Assembly (NCBI GenBank): GCA_029856155.1
Contig: JAHQWL010000023.1
Span: 1 to 64,000, forward strand
Reading direction: 5' to 3'
DNA: 64,000 nucleotides
Source of the DNA: Promethearchaeia archaeon
Lineage (GTDB): Archaea; Asgardarchaeota; Lokiarchaeia; Sigyniarchaeales; SOKP01
Positions 49,014-59,435 of this stretch are shown here, one piece after another (position 1 is the stretch's first letter; every line of letters starts with the position of its first letter). The notes beneath the pieces are model-generated. The model did not search any database. It saw only the letters and a program-made list of their open reading frames with translations, and was not told the origin of the DNA. Made by a program: the position numbers and the translations under genes.

Positions 49014-49163
49014 ATTTATAATTATTATATATTTGGTAATTAAAATAAATTAAATATATGGATTACTTGTTCCACTGAAATTATTAATTTTTAATAAAAA
49101 CTGTATGAAAAAATTTACAAAAAAACTGATCTTATAATAAGTTAGTCTTTAAATTCCAAGAAT

Positions 49164-49775
49164 GTGAAAATAAGTTTGAAAAAAATCATCTTAGCTTCTA
49201 AATCAATTGATAGAAGTGAATTGTTTAAACGAGCAGGGATTTCATTTGAAATATTTGCTACTAACATTGATGAAGAAAAATACAAAAGGACTTTCCCAGA
49301 CGGGATTGAACTTGTAAAAGAACTTGCTAAAGCAAAAGTGGTATTTGCGAAAAACAAATTGATTAATAATAAAGAAAATGCTATAATTGTTGCAGCAGAT
49401 ACAATTGTAGAACTTGACGGAGAAATTATCGGGAAAGCTCACAGTGAAGAAGAAGCGTTTGAAATCCTTAAAAAAATGATGGGAAGAACACATAGACTTA
49501 TAACAGGAATTGCAGTTACTGAAATTAAAAATCCAAAAATAGTCTTGGATTCAGATACCACATTTGTTGAATTTCTTGAACTCACTGATGAAGAAATAAG
49601 AGAATATATTAAATCAAATGAATGGAAGGGACGTGCTGGAGCTTATTCAATAAGAGATAAGGCAAGCTTGTTTATAAAAAAAATAAATGGTTCGTCTTCC
49701 AATGTAATAGGCTTATCAATGCACAAATTATATCTAATATTAAGAAAAGAATTTCAGATAAATTTATTTTCCTGA
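49164..49775 (+). CDS. maf: Maf nucleotide pyrophosphatase
   Basis: ILASKS..R, LAKAKV, AADTIV...GK, KGRAGAY, NVIGL. Confidence 0.95.
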   Translation: MKISLKKIILASKSIDRSELFKRAGISFEIFATNIDEEKYKRTFPDGIELVKELAKAKVVFAKNKLINNKENAIIVAADTIVELDGEIIGKAHSEEEAFEILKKMMGRTHRLITGIAVTEIKNPKIVLDSDTTFVEFLELTDEEIREYIKSNEWKGRAGAYSIRDKASLFIKKINGSSSNVIGLSMHKLYLILRKEFQINLFS

Positions 49776-49934
49776 TAACTCCTTCCAAACTTTTAAATCT
49801 TCATAAAATTTTAACATCTTTTCAAATTTGGAAATTCTATTATCATAATAAGCATGATCAGCATACTTTCTTTTAGATAACTCTTTTGCAGCCAAAATTC
49901 CATTTTTATACCGAGTTATTTTTTCTTCAATCAC
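49764..49934 (-). CDS. Small hypothetical protein (56 aa)
   Basis: GTG start, MIEEKITRYKNGILAAKELSKRKYADHAYYDNRISKFEKMLKFYEDLKVWKELSGK*; fills the maf-DUF1028 gap. Confidence 0.5.
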   Translation of the reverse strand: MIEEKITRYKNGILAAKELSKRKYADHAYYDNRISKFEKMLKFYEDLKVWKELSGK

Positions 49935-50016
49935 ATTTTTTTTTCATTCATATTTTTATTTAAAACACAAAAATATCACGGTATTATCCTATCAAAAGAT
50001 ATAAGCATTGAATATA

Positions 50017-50961
50017 TTATTTTAATGATAAAATTTTCTTCAATTCTTCTTCTTTTACATTTAACAATTCTGAATGAGGAAGTCTTTCAGTAAGTAAGCG
50101 CCAATTGTTATCTTTTTTGAATATCCTTTTAAACAATATTAATGCTTGAACCATTTGATTTTGATTTGCTAAAGAAACTGCTGTCCAATATATCATTTCC
50201 AAATTGTCCGGGAACATTTTCTGTGCAATATCATATTCTTCAAGTGCTTTTCCCATATCTCCTTTCTCTATTGCGAGATCTCCATTATTCATATGTTCAT
50301 AAGCACGAAAAATCTTTAATAATCTGCTTAATTCTTTCAATGGCTCTTTATGATCCTCCACTCTAAGATCAATTAAAGGATCTTCCCATTTATTCTCTAT
50401 TGGTTCACTGGCAACTATTAATATCGCAGCAGATTGTTTACCTCTTATATCACCTCCAACTGATTCTGCAGCTTCTAGACTTTTAATTATTCGCTCGGGT
50501 AATGATAAATTATAACATTTTTCAAATGCATCAGCCATTGCTGGCCATACTTCATCAGAAAGCATCATATTTGCCTGAACAGAAAAATTATTACCAATTT
50601 TATGTCCAGCATTTTTTATACATTTTAACCCAGTGTGTGTGGCTACACGCCCTTGGGAATCTAAAATAGCTACTTGTCTAACATCTCTTCCATCATCATC
50701 TGAGATTAGGATATTAATTGCTTCTTGAGGAGATTTACCCTGTTTTAGAAGTTCAAGTCCTCGTAAACCGAAAGATTTATTGACAAGCGATTGCGTAGCA
50801 ACAACTCCAGCACCCGCTTCTCCCCATGAAACAACACTACCTACTGAAAACCAGTGGCTTTGCACTCCAACCCCCATTTCACCAGTTTTAGGATCTCTTG
50901 CAACAATAGAATATGTATGCGCTAAAATCTTACTATTTAATTGATTACTTATTTGAGTCAT
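50017..50961 (-). CDS. DUF1028 (Ntn-hydrolase-like) protein with C-terminal TPR
   Basis: HTYSIVARD..G.MGV.VQS..SVG, VATQ, GGDIRGKQSAA, DLRVEDH. Confidence 0.9.
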   Translation of the reverse strand: MTQISNQLNSKILAHTYSIVARDPKTGEMGVGVQSHWFSVGSVVSWGEAGAGVVATQSLVNKSFGLRGLELLKQGKSPQEAINILISDDDGRDVRQVAILDSQGRVATHTGLKCIKNAGHKIGNNFSVQANMMLSDEVWPAMADAFEKCYNLSLPERIIKSLEAAESVGGDIRGKQSAAILIVASEPIENKWEDPLIDLRVEDHKEPLKELSRLLKIFRAYEHMNNGDLAIEKGDMGKALEEYDIAQKMFPDNLEMIYWTAVSLANQNQMVQALILFKRIFKKDNNWRLLTERLPHSELLNVKEEELKKILSLK

Positions 50962-51103
50962 ATTTATTAAATTATTTTAGCCATAAAATAAAGTTTTATT
51001 AGATACTTCTTATTATTAAAATATTTCAAAAATGAAAAAAATTAAAATCTTTAATAATTTGAAAACTTAATAAAAATAATTCTATCAATAGAGATGAATA
51101 AAT

Positions 51104-51439
51104 TTGACAAAACATTATAAAAATGAACAATTAATGAAATTTCTAGTTATCATCGGAGCTATTGTAGGTCTTCTCACCATAATTTTAAGACTTGCTCATT
51201 TGGAAAACTATGGCTATGTTGATGCTTTAGTAGCATTAGATGAGATAGTTATTTTCATCGTTGGGTTAGTTATAGTAATTCTAACATTTTTAGTTGCTTT
51301 AAAACCGAATAATCCAATTCCGTTCCATTGGCTTGTTTTAATTATATTTGCTATACTATTAGTGGTATTCGGTGCGGGAATTTGGGCATGTGTTTTAGTT
51401 CTAATAGCTGGATTGATTGGTCTTATTGAAGATTTATAA
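51104..51439 (+). CDS. Small membrane protein
   Basis: 3-4 hydrophobic segments. Confidence 0.7.
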   Translation: MTKHYKNEQLMKFLVIIGAIVGLLTIILRLAHLENYGYVDALVALDEIVIFIVGLVIVILTFLVALKPNNPIPFHWLVLIIFAILLVVFGAGIWACVLVLIAGLIGLIEDL

Positions 51440-51494
51440 GACAATTGTTTTAAATTAAAACTTTTTTTAATTTTTTTTTATATTATAACCTTAA

Positions 51495-52367
51495 CTAAGA
51501 TTGAGTATTTTCAATAAAGTAATTAACAATTTCCTCTCCTAAATTAATATCTGAAACTTTCTGTATTGCGGTAAATCCTGGAATTGAATTGACTTCAAGT
51601 ACAGAAAATCCTTCTTCACTTTCTAATATATCAACCCCTGCAATTTCAGTTTTAGTTATTTTTGCGGCTTTAATTGCTAGTTTTTTTAGTTCATTAGTTA
51701 ATTCTATAGGTTCAGCTTTGGCACCAGCATAAATATTTGTTTTCCAACTATCACTAACTCTATACATACCTGCAATAGCTTTATTTCCTAATATCAGAAT
51801 TCTAATATCTCGGTTCTGATGATGAACAAATTCTTGTAAATAGAAAACTTGATTTAACTGTGCAAGCGAGTAGATTATATTTTCTGCAAATGATTTATCA
51901 TTCAATCTAGTTATCCCTATTCCCTTTGAACCATACAAGGGTTTTAAGACACAATCGCCTCCTAATTCATCAAAAGCATCTAGTGCTTTATGGGGATCTT
52001 CGCAAATTACTGTTTTTGGTGTAGCAATATCATGATTTTCCAAAAAAACCGATGTCAGAAATTTATCGCTTGCGATTTCTAATGATTCTCTTGAATTAAT
52101 TAATTTTATATCGTATTCTTCCAATGCTCTTAAAATATCAAGCCTAAAAAATATTCTTTGAGTAGCAGCGGCCCCAAACCCTCTGACAAGGGCGGCCTTA
52201 GGTTCAAGATGTTCAAATTGTTCGTAAAACTTACGCTGAAAACCAATCCCTACTTTTATAGTTGAGGGAATAAAGTATTGAACATCATAACCACGACTTT
52301 TCAATTCATTTGAGAGAATTTGAACTTCGGGATCTAAAGAATTCGGACTTATAATCATTGATTTCAT
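51495..52367 (-). CDS. RimK-family ATP-grasp glutamate ligase
   Basis: DKF, VLKPLYGSKGIG, YLQEFV, RDIR, WKTN..G, AGVD, EVNSIPG. Confidence 0.93.
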   Translation of the reverse strand: MKSMIISPNSLDPEVQILSNELKSRGYDVQYFIPSTIKVGIGFQRKFYEQFEHLEPKAALVRGFGAAATQRIFFRLDILRALEEYDIKLINSRESLEIASDKFLTSVFLENHDIATPKTVICEDPHKALDAFDELGGDCVLKPLYGSKGIGITRLNDKSFAENIIYSLAQLNQVFYLQEFVHHQNRDIRILILGNKAIAGMYRVSDSWKTNIYAGAKAEPIELTNELKKLAIKAAKITKTEIAGVDILESEEGFSVLEVNSIPGFTAIQKVSDINLGEEIVNYFIENTQS

Positions 52368-52448
52368 TTTAATTTCACTTTAAAATAAATTACTTAATTA
52401 ATCTATAGCACTAATTTTTAAATAAATTTAAGTTCTTATAAATTATAT

Positions 52449-53075
52449 ATGAAATCAATGGATCTTAAAGACGATGAAAATGAAATTGAGAAACTGTCAC
52501 TCATGCTTAGTAAAATTCAGAATATCTACTATAAAAAAAAAGAGCACCTCGAAGAGTTACAGTCAGAGATTAATGAATTAAGAGAAGTATTAAATTTCTT
52601 AAATTCTCTCATATCGGGAAAATCATTTCATAGTGCAGACGAGATTTACTCAAAATCATTTATTCAAAAAGAGGATGGTTCAATTGACGAAAAATATTTC
52701 GTAGAAGATATCTCAAAAGAAAGAGTTGAAGGAACAAATATCAAAAGAAAGATTTTTTCTAAAAATAAGAATAATGATGAAGAATTATTATGTATCTTGA
52801 ACTTTTATGATTTGAATCGGGTTGAAATAAAAATTATTGAACCAGAAAGGCTGTCAATAAAAGAATCTTCTGAAGAATTTATCCGTATATTCATTAAAGG
52901 AGCACTTATAGAAATAATAGAAAATAATCCTAATATGAGCTTGAAATATGATTACTATAAGAGTTCGGATGTAATTAAGCATATTAATATTACTAAATTG
53001 AACTCAATAAAAGAATATGATATAATTACTTCAAAAATGAGAGAGCTTTTAAGCCAAATAGCTCGGAAAGGATAA
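52449..53075 (+). CDS. Hypothetical protein with N-terminal coiled coil
   Basis: 208 aa; heptads KKEHLEELQSEINELREVL. Confidence 0.75.
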   Translation: MKSMDLKDDENEIEKLSLMLSKIQNIYYKKKEHLEELQSEINELREVLNFLNSLISGKSFHSADEIYSKSFIQKEDGSIDEKYFVEDISKERVEGTNIKRKIFSKNKNNDEELLCILNFYDLNRVEIKIIEPERLSIKESSEEFIRIFIKGALIEIIENNPNMSLKYDYYKSSDVIKHINITKLNSIKEYDIITSKMRELLSQIARKG

Positions 53076-53254
53076 AAAAATATAATTTAGCTCTTTTACT
53101 TATCAAGTTATTAGGAAGAACTCGTTTAAAATGGTTGATTTTATATAGAAAATATTATATTGAGATAATATATTGTTTAATTAAAATAGGAAAAATTAAT
53201 TATGCAGCAATTCTTATTATTTTTATCGAAATTACCACATAGAGTGTAATAAAA

Positions 53255-54073
53255 ATGGCAAAGAAAAAATCTCGGTCGTGGTTAATCATGCCGGTTGTCC
53301 ATTCTAAGTTCCACGACGAGAAGCTAGAGAGTGTATTAATTGAAAAAGCTTTAGATTTTTTAACTGGTGAAAAAGGTGATGCTCCTTCTTTTTTATTCCT
53401 TTCAGGAGCTTTTTTTGATGTGAAATCATTCGCTTATTCCGGATTAAGAGCTTGGAAAGGTGCTGTAAAACCATCAGAAGATAATGGAGGCAGAAGACCT
53501 GTATTGGAAGCCACTTTTGCTTCTTTATCTGTATATTTAAGTTCCTTATTAGCGCTTCAAGCTGATTTTTATTTCGCGTATGATGAAATTAAGGATATCT
53601 TGTTGGAAAAGAAAAGAGAAGATCTCTGGACGATTGTTTCAGAAAAGTTGCCATTTGTCTCAATTCCTCCAAAAGAAATGTATGGGACCCAAATATCTCC
53701 TATCTCACCTTATTTTATAATTAAACAAGACGAAGAATTAACGTTAGGAGAAATATATCCCTCTGCGTATTTGTCTCAAATTATAAAGAATATTAAGACA
53801 AGATTTTTTGTCTTTTTCCAATACCAAGGATATTCAGCTTTTGGATTTTTTAATGCACTGCCTGAACTCTCAAAATTTGGGTTTGAAGAGCATGCGAATG
53901 ATTTTAATGGGGATCCAACTGCAGAAAATTTAATCAAATATTCAAAAAATGCAAAGAATGTTAAAGAAATATTAATTGCACTTATTCATGCCTATAATAA
54001 CGCTTTACTTGAACAATTTTTAATACCCGATTATGAACTATTATTAAATAAATTACTGGAGGGAGAAGCATAG
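53255..54073 (+). CDS. Hypothetical protein, coupled to the downstream GTPase
   Basis: Stop TAG immediately followed by the TTG start of the next gene. Confidence 0.8.
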   Translation: MAKKKSRSWLIMPVVHSKFHDEKLESVLIEKALDFLTGEKGDAPSFLFLSGAFFDVKSFAYSGLRAWKGAVKPSEDNGGRRPVLEATFASLSVYLSSLLALQADFYFAYDEIKDILLEKKREDLWTIVSEKLPFVSIPPKEMYGTQISPISPYFIIKQDEELTLGEIYPSAYLSQIIKNIKTRFFVFFQYQGYSAFGFFNALPELSKFGFEEHANDFNGDPTAENLIKYSKNAKNVKEILIALIHAYNNALLEQFLIPDYELLLNKLLEGEA

Positions 54074-54709
54074 TTGGTTAATATCGGTTTATTAGGAGAT
54101 GTGTCTGTTGGAAAAACGAGCATCCTTCGTTTATTTGTACGTTATTTAAAGAAAGGAGATATTGAGAAGGTAAAAGGGGGATTAAAATGTTCTGTGGTTA
54201 AAGCGGATTTTTCTGGAGAAGCCACAGTTCCAGGAGGAGAAAAAGAGGATGCTCTTAATGAAAAAGAAACAAAAACTATTCATCCTAACCGAATTGTGTT
54301 TCGGGAAGATACAACAAATAAAGCGCATACAATTTTCGCCCCTGGTGGCGATCGAGCCCGTGCTGTAGTCAAGATGGGCATTATAACAATTTCAAGAATT
54401 GCCACCCAGATAATAGCTGTTTTTTCTCTTGATAGAGATCTTGCACCTCAATTTGAATTTTTTAATGATGTTAGATTTTTTCCAGATAAAATATATGTTT
54501 GTATAAATAAAATTGACTTAGTTGAAGGAGATAAAGAGAAAAAACTTAATGAAGTAAAAACACAGATTCATGATTTTTTTAAGACTCGAAAAATAGCTAT
54601 CAATGACACATTTATAACCTGTGGTGAAACTATAGAAGGATTTGCAGATATTGAAACATATAATAACCAAGTTGCAGAAATGATTCTAGAAATTACTACT
54701 ACACATTAA
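54074..54709 (+). CDS. Atypical small Ras-like GTPase
   Basis: G1 GDVSVGKT, G2-like TKT, G3 replaced by FAPGG, G4 NKID, G5-like TCG. Confidence 0.8.
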   Translation: MVNIGLLGDVSVGKTSILRLFVRYLKKGDIEKVKGGLKCSVVKADFSGEATVPGGEKEDALNEKETKTIHPNRIVFREDTTNKAHTIFAPGGDRARAVVKMGIITISRIATQIIAVFSLDRDLAPQFEFFNDVRFFPDKIYVCINKIDLVEGDKEKKLNEVKTQIHDFFKTRKIAINDTFITCGETIEGFADIETYNNQVAEMILEITTTH

Positions 54710-54753
54710 ATTTTTTACAAGTTTGAAGTTTATAAATTTGGGTTGATCTTATT

Positions 54754-55269
54754 TTAATTTTTCAATTTTAACGCAATTTTCAAAAATAACTTCTCTAGAT
54801 CAAGCATATATCCAATTAAAGGAGTTAAACTGACCCTATTCAAATTTTTTTTAAAATCAACAAATCCTTTTTTTTCTAATTCTTTGATATCTTCTAAAAT
54901 ACCTTTCTTTTTCCTTATTTCTTTTATTTTTTGAATTGTAGTTTCCCCAGAACTACTAAAACAACATATCAAGGTACATAATAATGTAGCTGCTAATCTA
55001 GGGTTTCCCCCAAATGGATTTGCCGAAACAATTTCAGTTGTTTCTGGATCAAAAGAAATATACCAGTAGGAATTCAGAGGATTAAATCTTACTTGAAGCC
55101 CTAAAGGTTCAAGATAATTAGATACGTTATTAATTAAGTTCTGAAAATAAATCGATCTATTCTTATCGTTAACATTCAATGCATTAAGAATTTCTTTTTT
55201 TGTCGAGCCTATTTTTGTTATATCTTCCTTTTTACTTAATAAATGTATTATAACACTCAGTTCATTCAT
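54754..55269 (-). CDS. Kite (tandem winged-helix) SMC subunit, ScpB/Nse1-3-like
   Basis: 171 aa, two WH-like halves (YLEPLGLQVRF..YWYI; TIQKIKEIR..IKELEKKGFV..VSLTP); last gene of the SMC operon. Confidence 0.72.
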   Translation of the reverse strand: MNELSVIIHLLSKKEDITKIGSTKKEILNALNVNDKNRSIYFQNLINNVSNYLEPLGLQVRFNPLNSYWYISFDPETTEIVSANPFGGNPRLAATLLCTLICCFSSSGETTIQKIKEIRKKKGILEDIKELEKKGFVDFKKNLNRVSLTPLIGYMLDLEKLFLKIALKLKN

Positions 55270-55285
55270 TTTTCATTCTTCTCTT

Positions 55286-55933
55286 CTATAAATATATAAA
55301 ATTCGTTTCTTTTTGATATTTTAATTTACCTATCTGGAGTAGGTGCAAGAGATATACAAAATATTCAAAAATTTTTATTTGATCGTCCACATCGTCGAAG
55401 ATCTCATCATAGGAACATGGCAGTTTGTTTTTAATAGAATCAAAAAATTCAATCATTTTCTCAGTAAATTTTTTATGAGGTATTTCTAATAAAAAACTTT
55501 CTTTTGAATCGATCTTCTCAATAGTTTCAATTGTAAAGGGTTCTCCTTTCTTAGCAACTAAACGATCTTTAGAATATTCAAGAAATTCTAAAGAAAGAGT
55601 ACTAATAACAAAAGGTTCTCTCCAACAATCCTCAAATAATTCAAATATTTCTGTATCTTTTGGATCTGTCTTTATGAAGTGTAAGAATTTATCTTTATTA
55701 TCTAAATAGTTTAGGAAAATTCTTAACTCTTCAAATTTTTGACGAAGTAATTGAAACGCACTCATATATGTGATTGAATATTCATTAATGTTATAGATAT
55801 TAAGGGAATCTTTCAAATCCTCAAAAATTGGTACTAATTCAATATCTAAAAGTGATATTTCTCCTGAAAGAATTCTTGTTTTAATATCTTCAATTTTTTT
55901 ATTTATTTCTTCAGAAAAATTTTGAGATTCCAT
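55286..55933 (-). CDS. Kleisin, ScpA/Nse4-like
   Basis: N-terminal ILSGEISLLDIELV..AFQLLRQK and C-terminal WH SYDEIF..FVYLLHLLQIGKL..Q match ScpA termini; follows smc. Confidence 0.8.
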   Translation of the reverse strand: MESQNFSEEINKKIEDIKTRILSGEISLLDIELVPIFEDLKDSLNIYNINEYSITYMSAFQLLRQKFEELRIFLNYLDNKDKFLHFIKTDPKDTEIFELFEDCWREPFVISTLSLEFLEYSKDRLVAKKGEPFTIETIEKIDSKESFLLEIPHKKFTEKMIEFFDSIKNKLPCSYDEIFDDVDDQIKIFEYFVYLLHLLQIGKLKYQKETNFIYL

Positions 55934-55946
55934 TTCTAATCATAAT

Positions 55947-58900
55947 TTATTTTTTTTTGACGATTTTTGGTATAAATACAGAAGAAATTTCATTCTTTCC
56001 TACTCTGGCAATTCCAATTAATCTTTCAGCAAGTAAGAATAATGAATTTGACGATTTTGGTAGGAACATAAATAATTGTATTGGATTTTGTTCCAACGTT
56101 GCATTTATTAGTTGATATGCTACTTCAGAGTTTTTTTCATCTAAAAACATGCCAGGTTCATCAAGTAAACACAATGGAGAAGGTTTAATTTCTTGAAGGG
56201 ATAAAATTAAGCAAATCGATATTAAAGAAACTTGACCACCACTAAGAGCAGTAAATGATTTTAATTGTTCCTTTGAAGTAGCCGCTTTAATATTAACACC
56301 TAAATCTTCAAAATTTCCCGTCAACTCTAAAGAACAATAAGATTTTACCTGAGAATCTTGAAATTTTTGATTGACTCTCTTTTGTAAGTTTTCAAGTAAA
56401 CCACTGAATTTGTCATAATATGTTTTTTCCATCTTATTTTCTGTTTTAATCGCTGATTTAACGTCCTTTTCCAGGTCTTGTTGATTTTTCGAGATTTGCT
56501 TAAGAGATGCTAATATCTGATCTTTTTCAATTAGAATTGCATCATCAATATCTAAATAGTTGAGTAATTCTTTATCTATACCAGAGAGATCCCCTTTAAT
56601 ATCTTCTATGGGACGAATCTTGATTATTTCTTTTAAAATTAAGGGACTTATTTCAGAGTTAATTCTCTCTAAATCATTTTTTTTTGAATCTAGATCTTGA
56701 TTATTTGAATTTAATTTGATATTTTCTTGTTCAAAAGATAATGTTATTTGAATAGATTTCCTCTCTAATTCACCTTTTTTGTTTTGTATTAATAAAATTT
56801 CACTCTTTAAATCTGAAATCTTTTTTTCAGCTATCTCAAGTTCTTCTTCAACACTTTCTAATTGTCGATACGTGTTGAATGCAGTAGTGTCTGCTTTTTG
56901 AAAAACTTCTTTCTTTGTTTCATACTCTTTTTGAATTAAGTTCTTTTCATAAGTTTGCTTATTTAGATTATCTTTCACTTCTCTTAAGATGGCTGAATTC
57001 TCACTTAATTTCAAATCCCATTTTTTTTTATCTTCATTAAGTAAAGCTAATTCTTTAGGGATTTCTTTTATCCTGTCATTCCATTTAAAAAATTCTGGAT
57101 CAGTTTGAGATTTTAGATCTTTAATCTGCTGGTCAAATTTTATAATTTCATCCTTAAGAAATTGATTTGTTTTTTCCAATTCATGCATCTGATCGTATAA
57201 TTGGTTTTTTTTTGATGTAATTCTTTGTTTTTGGTTAAAATTATACAGAAGATCGTTGAATGATTCCTTCTTTTTAAATATTTCTTGTTGGATTGTATCT
57301 ATCTTAGCTTGATCAACTTTCAATTCTGAAATTTTGGTATTTAAAGATTTTATATCAAACTCTAGAACCTCAGATTGTTCTCTTTGTGTACCAGCACTTA
57401 ATAATCCTTTCAATCTCTTTAAATAAGGGGTTTCATAGACATATTTATAAGATATTATTTGTTCTCCTTTTAATGTAACACATTTTCCTTTAAAATTAAG
57501 AGAATTATAAATTTCTCTCCCAGAATGATAATCTTTTACAACTAAGCAATTTTTTACCTTTGAGTAAATAACTTTCTTAATATCAATATCATCGTCGATA
57601 ATTTTAATTAATTCTGCTAAATAACCTAGCACACCATTAGCCGATATTTTCATCATTGACCTAATATCTATATTTTTGGGTAGATAGATATTACAATATG
57701 CACTATATTTTTCTTTTAGCCTCTTTAACAAGTTTAAAGTGTCCCAGTCTTCAGCAATAAAACTATAGAGTAATTTTTCACCAAGAACAGATTCAATTGC
57801 ATAACTTAACTCATCTTCATATTTTAAATAATCAATTAAAGGACCCTTTACTTTTAATCCCCTTTTTTTTATCTCATCTTTAAGAATGGTTATGTTTGAT
57901 GGAAGAATTACTCTCCGTTCTCTAAGTGAAGCCTGCAAAATTTTTAGCTTTTTTAATTTTTTTGATTTCTCTATTGCTAACTGATTCATTTCAGAATCAA
58001 TTTCATATATTCTTAATGATGAACTTTTTAGTTCTTTATCAAGTTGAGTTAATAGATTTTTGGTTGGATTTTCTAAAAACCATTTATTTTTTTCTAGTTT
58101 ATGTTCAATATCTTTAAAACTTTGAAAAAGTTGATTAATTTCATTATTAGATGCTTGTATTGATTTTTCATTGTCTTGAATTCTTACTAATCTTTCTTTT
58201 TTTTCAAAATTTATTTGATTGTAATCATCCAAAAGGACTTTGTTCTGTGCTATTTTTTTTATTAACTGATTTTGTTCTGTTATTAATTTATCAATTTTTA
58301 TACCAGAATTTTTACTTTGTGTTCTTACTATTTTAATTTCGTTTTCTAAGCTTTCTAATTGTTTGTTAAAGTTATTGATAACCTTTTTAAGCTCGTTAAT
58401 TTTTCTCGATAACTCATCTAACTCTTGTTTTGCTAGAATTTTGTCTTTTTGCCAATTTTGGATTTTTGTAATTAATTCTTGCTTTTTATAATGTAATTCT
58501 CCAATTTTCTCAGATAGCTTATTTATGTTTTGTTCCTTTTTTGAAATTTTATTAGATAACAGTTCTATTTCTCTATCTGAAAGTTCTTTCTTTCTTCTAA
58601 TACCTTCTAAGACAGATATGACGTTTTTGATCGCCTCTTCAATATTGATAATTTCTTTTTCTAATTTATCTTTATTTGCCCATAAAAGTTCGTCATTGAA
58701 TTTATTTCTAATTTCTAATAATTCATTTTTTTGTTGTAAGCGTTCTAATTTGGGATTTAATAGCTCTAAGCTTATATTCAATGTGTTCTTTTTGCTTTTT
58801 AATGATTGGAGGTCTTTATTCAAATTTAAAACATTACTCTTCTGGTGTAATAATTCTTCTCTCAAATCTTTTAATCCAATTCCCTCCTCTAGAAATGAAC

Positions 58901-59414
58901 ATAATTCTGTGGGTTTCAAATTTTTAATTGCATCAATTTTTCCTTGACTTACAAAAGCAAATTGATTATCTGGATTAATTTTAAAATCAGAAATTAATTT
59001 TTGAATTTCTTGAACTGGCACTTTTTTAAATTCTTTATCATCTTTTCTCTGTATTTTAAAGAAAGGAGATTGTCCCCTAATTACATATCTTCTTATTTTG
59101 ATTATTTTTTCATCAATTTGGATATGAATTTCAACCATAGCGTGATTTTGTCCATTCCTAATAAAGTTTGACCATTTTTTATATCTTTCATCTCTTTCAT
59201 TGCTACCTAAAGCAAATTTAATTGCTTGAAATATTGAGGTTTTTCCACTCCAATTTGGCCCAACAATAATCACAAATTTAGATTTACCAAAATCAACTTC
59301 ATCTTTCTGGAAAGATAAAAAATTTTCTAAAATGACTTTTCTGATAAAAATTCTTGAATTCTGTATTAGAGATATTTCCTTTTTTTTCAAGTTGGAGTCC
59401 GAACGAGAAGCCAT
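55947..59414 (-). CDS. SMC ATPase, Smc5/6-like
   Basis: Walker A GPNWSGKT, Q-loop NPDNQFAFVSQGKI, coiled coils, hinge GPLIDYL...AIESVLG, LSGGQ, LLDE, QLFMFLPK. Confidence 0.93.
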   Translation of the reverse strand: MASRSDSNLKKKEISLIQNSRIFIRKVILENFLSFQKDEVDFGKSKFVIIVGPNWSGKTSIFQAIKFALGSNERDERYKKWSNFIRNGQNHAMVEIHIQIDEKIIKIRRYVIRGQSPFFKIQRKDDKEFKKVPVQEIQKLISDFKINPDNQFAFVSQGKIDAIKNLKPTELCSFLEEGIGLKDLREELLHQKSNVLNLNKDLQSLKSKKNTLNISLELLNPKLERLQQKNELLEIRNKFNDELLWANKDKLEKEIINIEEAIKNVISVLEGIRRKKELSDREIELLSNKISKKEQNINKLSEKIGELHYKKQELITKIQNWQKDKILAKQELDELSRKINELKKVINNFNKQLESLENEIKIVRTQSKNSGIKIDKLITEQNQLIKKIAQNKVLLDDYNQINFEKKERLVRIQDNEKSIQASNNEINQLFQSFKDIEHKLEKNKWFLENPTKNLLTQLDKELKSSSLRIYEIDSEMNQLAIEKSKKLKKLKILQASLRERRVILPSNITILKDEIKKRGLKVKGPLIDYLKYEDELSYAIESVLGEKLLYSFIAEDWDTLNLLKRLKEKYSAYCNIYLPKNIDIRSMMKISANGVLGYLAELIKIIDDDIDIKKVIYSKVKNCLVVKDYHSGREIYNSLNFKGKCVTLKGEQIISYKYVYETPYLKRLKGLLSAGTQREQSEVLEFDIKSLNTKISELKVDQAKIDTIQQEIFKKKESFNDLLYNFNQKQRITSKKNQLYDQMHELEKTNQFLKDEIIKFDQQIKDLKSQTDPEFFKWNDRIKEIPKELALLNEDKKKWDLKLSENSAILREVKDNLNKQTYEKNLIQKEYETKKEVFQKADTTAFNTYRQLESVEEELEIAEKKISDLKSEILLIQNKKGELERKSIQITLSFEQENIKLNSNNQDLDSKKNDLERINSEISPLILKEIIKIRPIEDIKGDLSGIDKELLNYLDIDDAILIEKDQILASLKQISKNQQDLEKDVKSAIKTENKMEKTYYDKFSGLLENLQKRVNQKFQDSQVKSYCSLELTGNFEDLGVNIKAATSKEQLKSFTALSGGQVSLISICLILSLQEIKPSPLCLLDEPGMFLDEKNSEVAYQLINATLEQNPIQLFMFLPKSSNSLFLLAERLIGIARVGKNEISSVFIPKIVKKK

Positions 59415-59435
59415 TTTTACCTCACTTATAATCTA

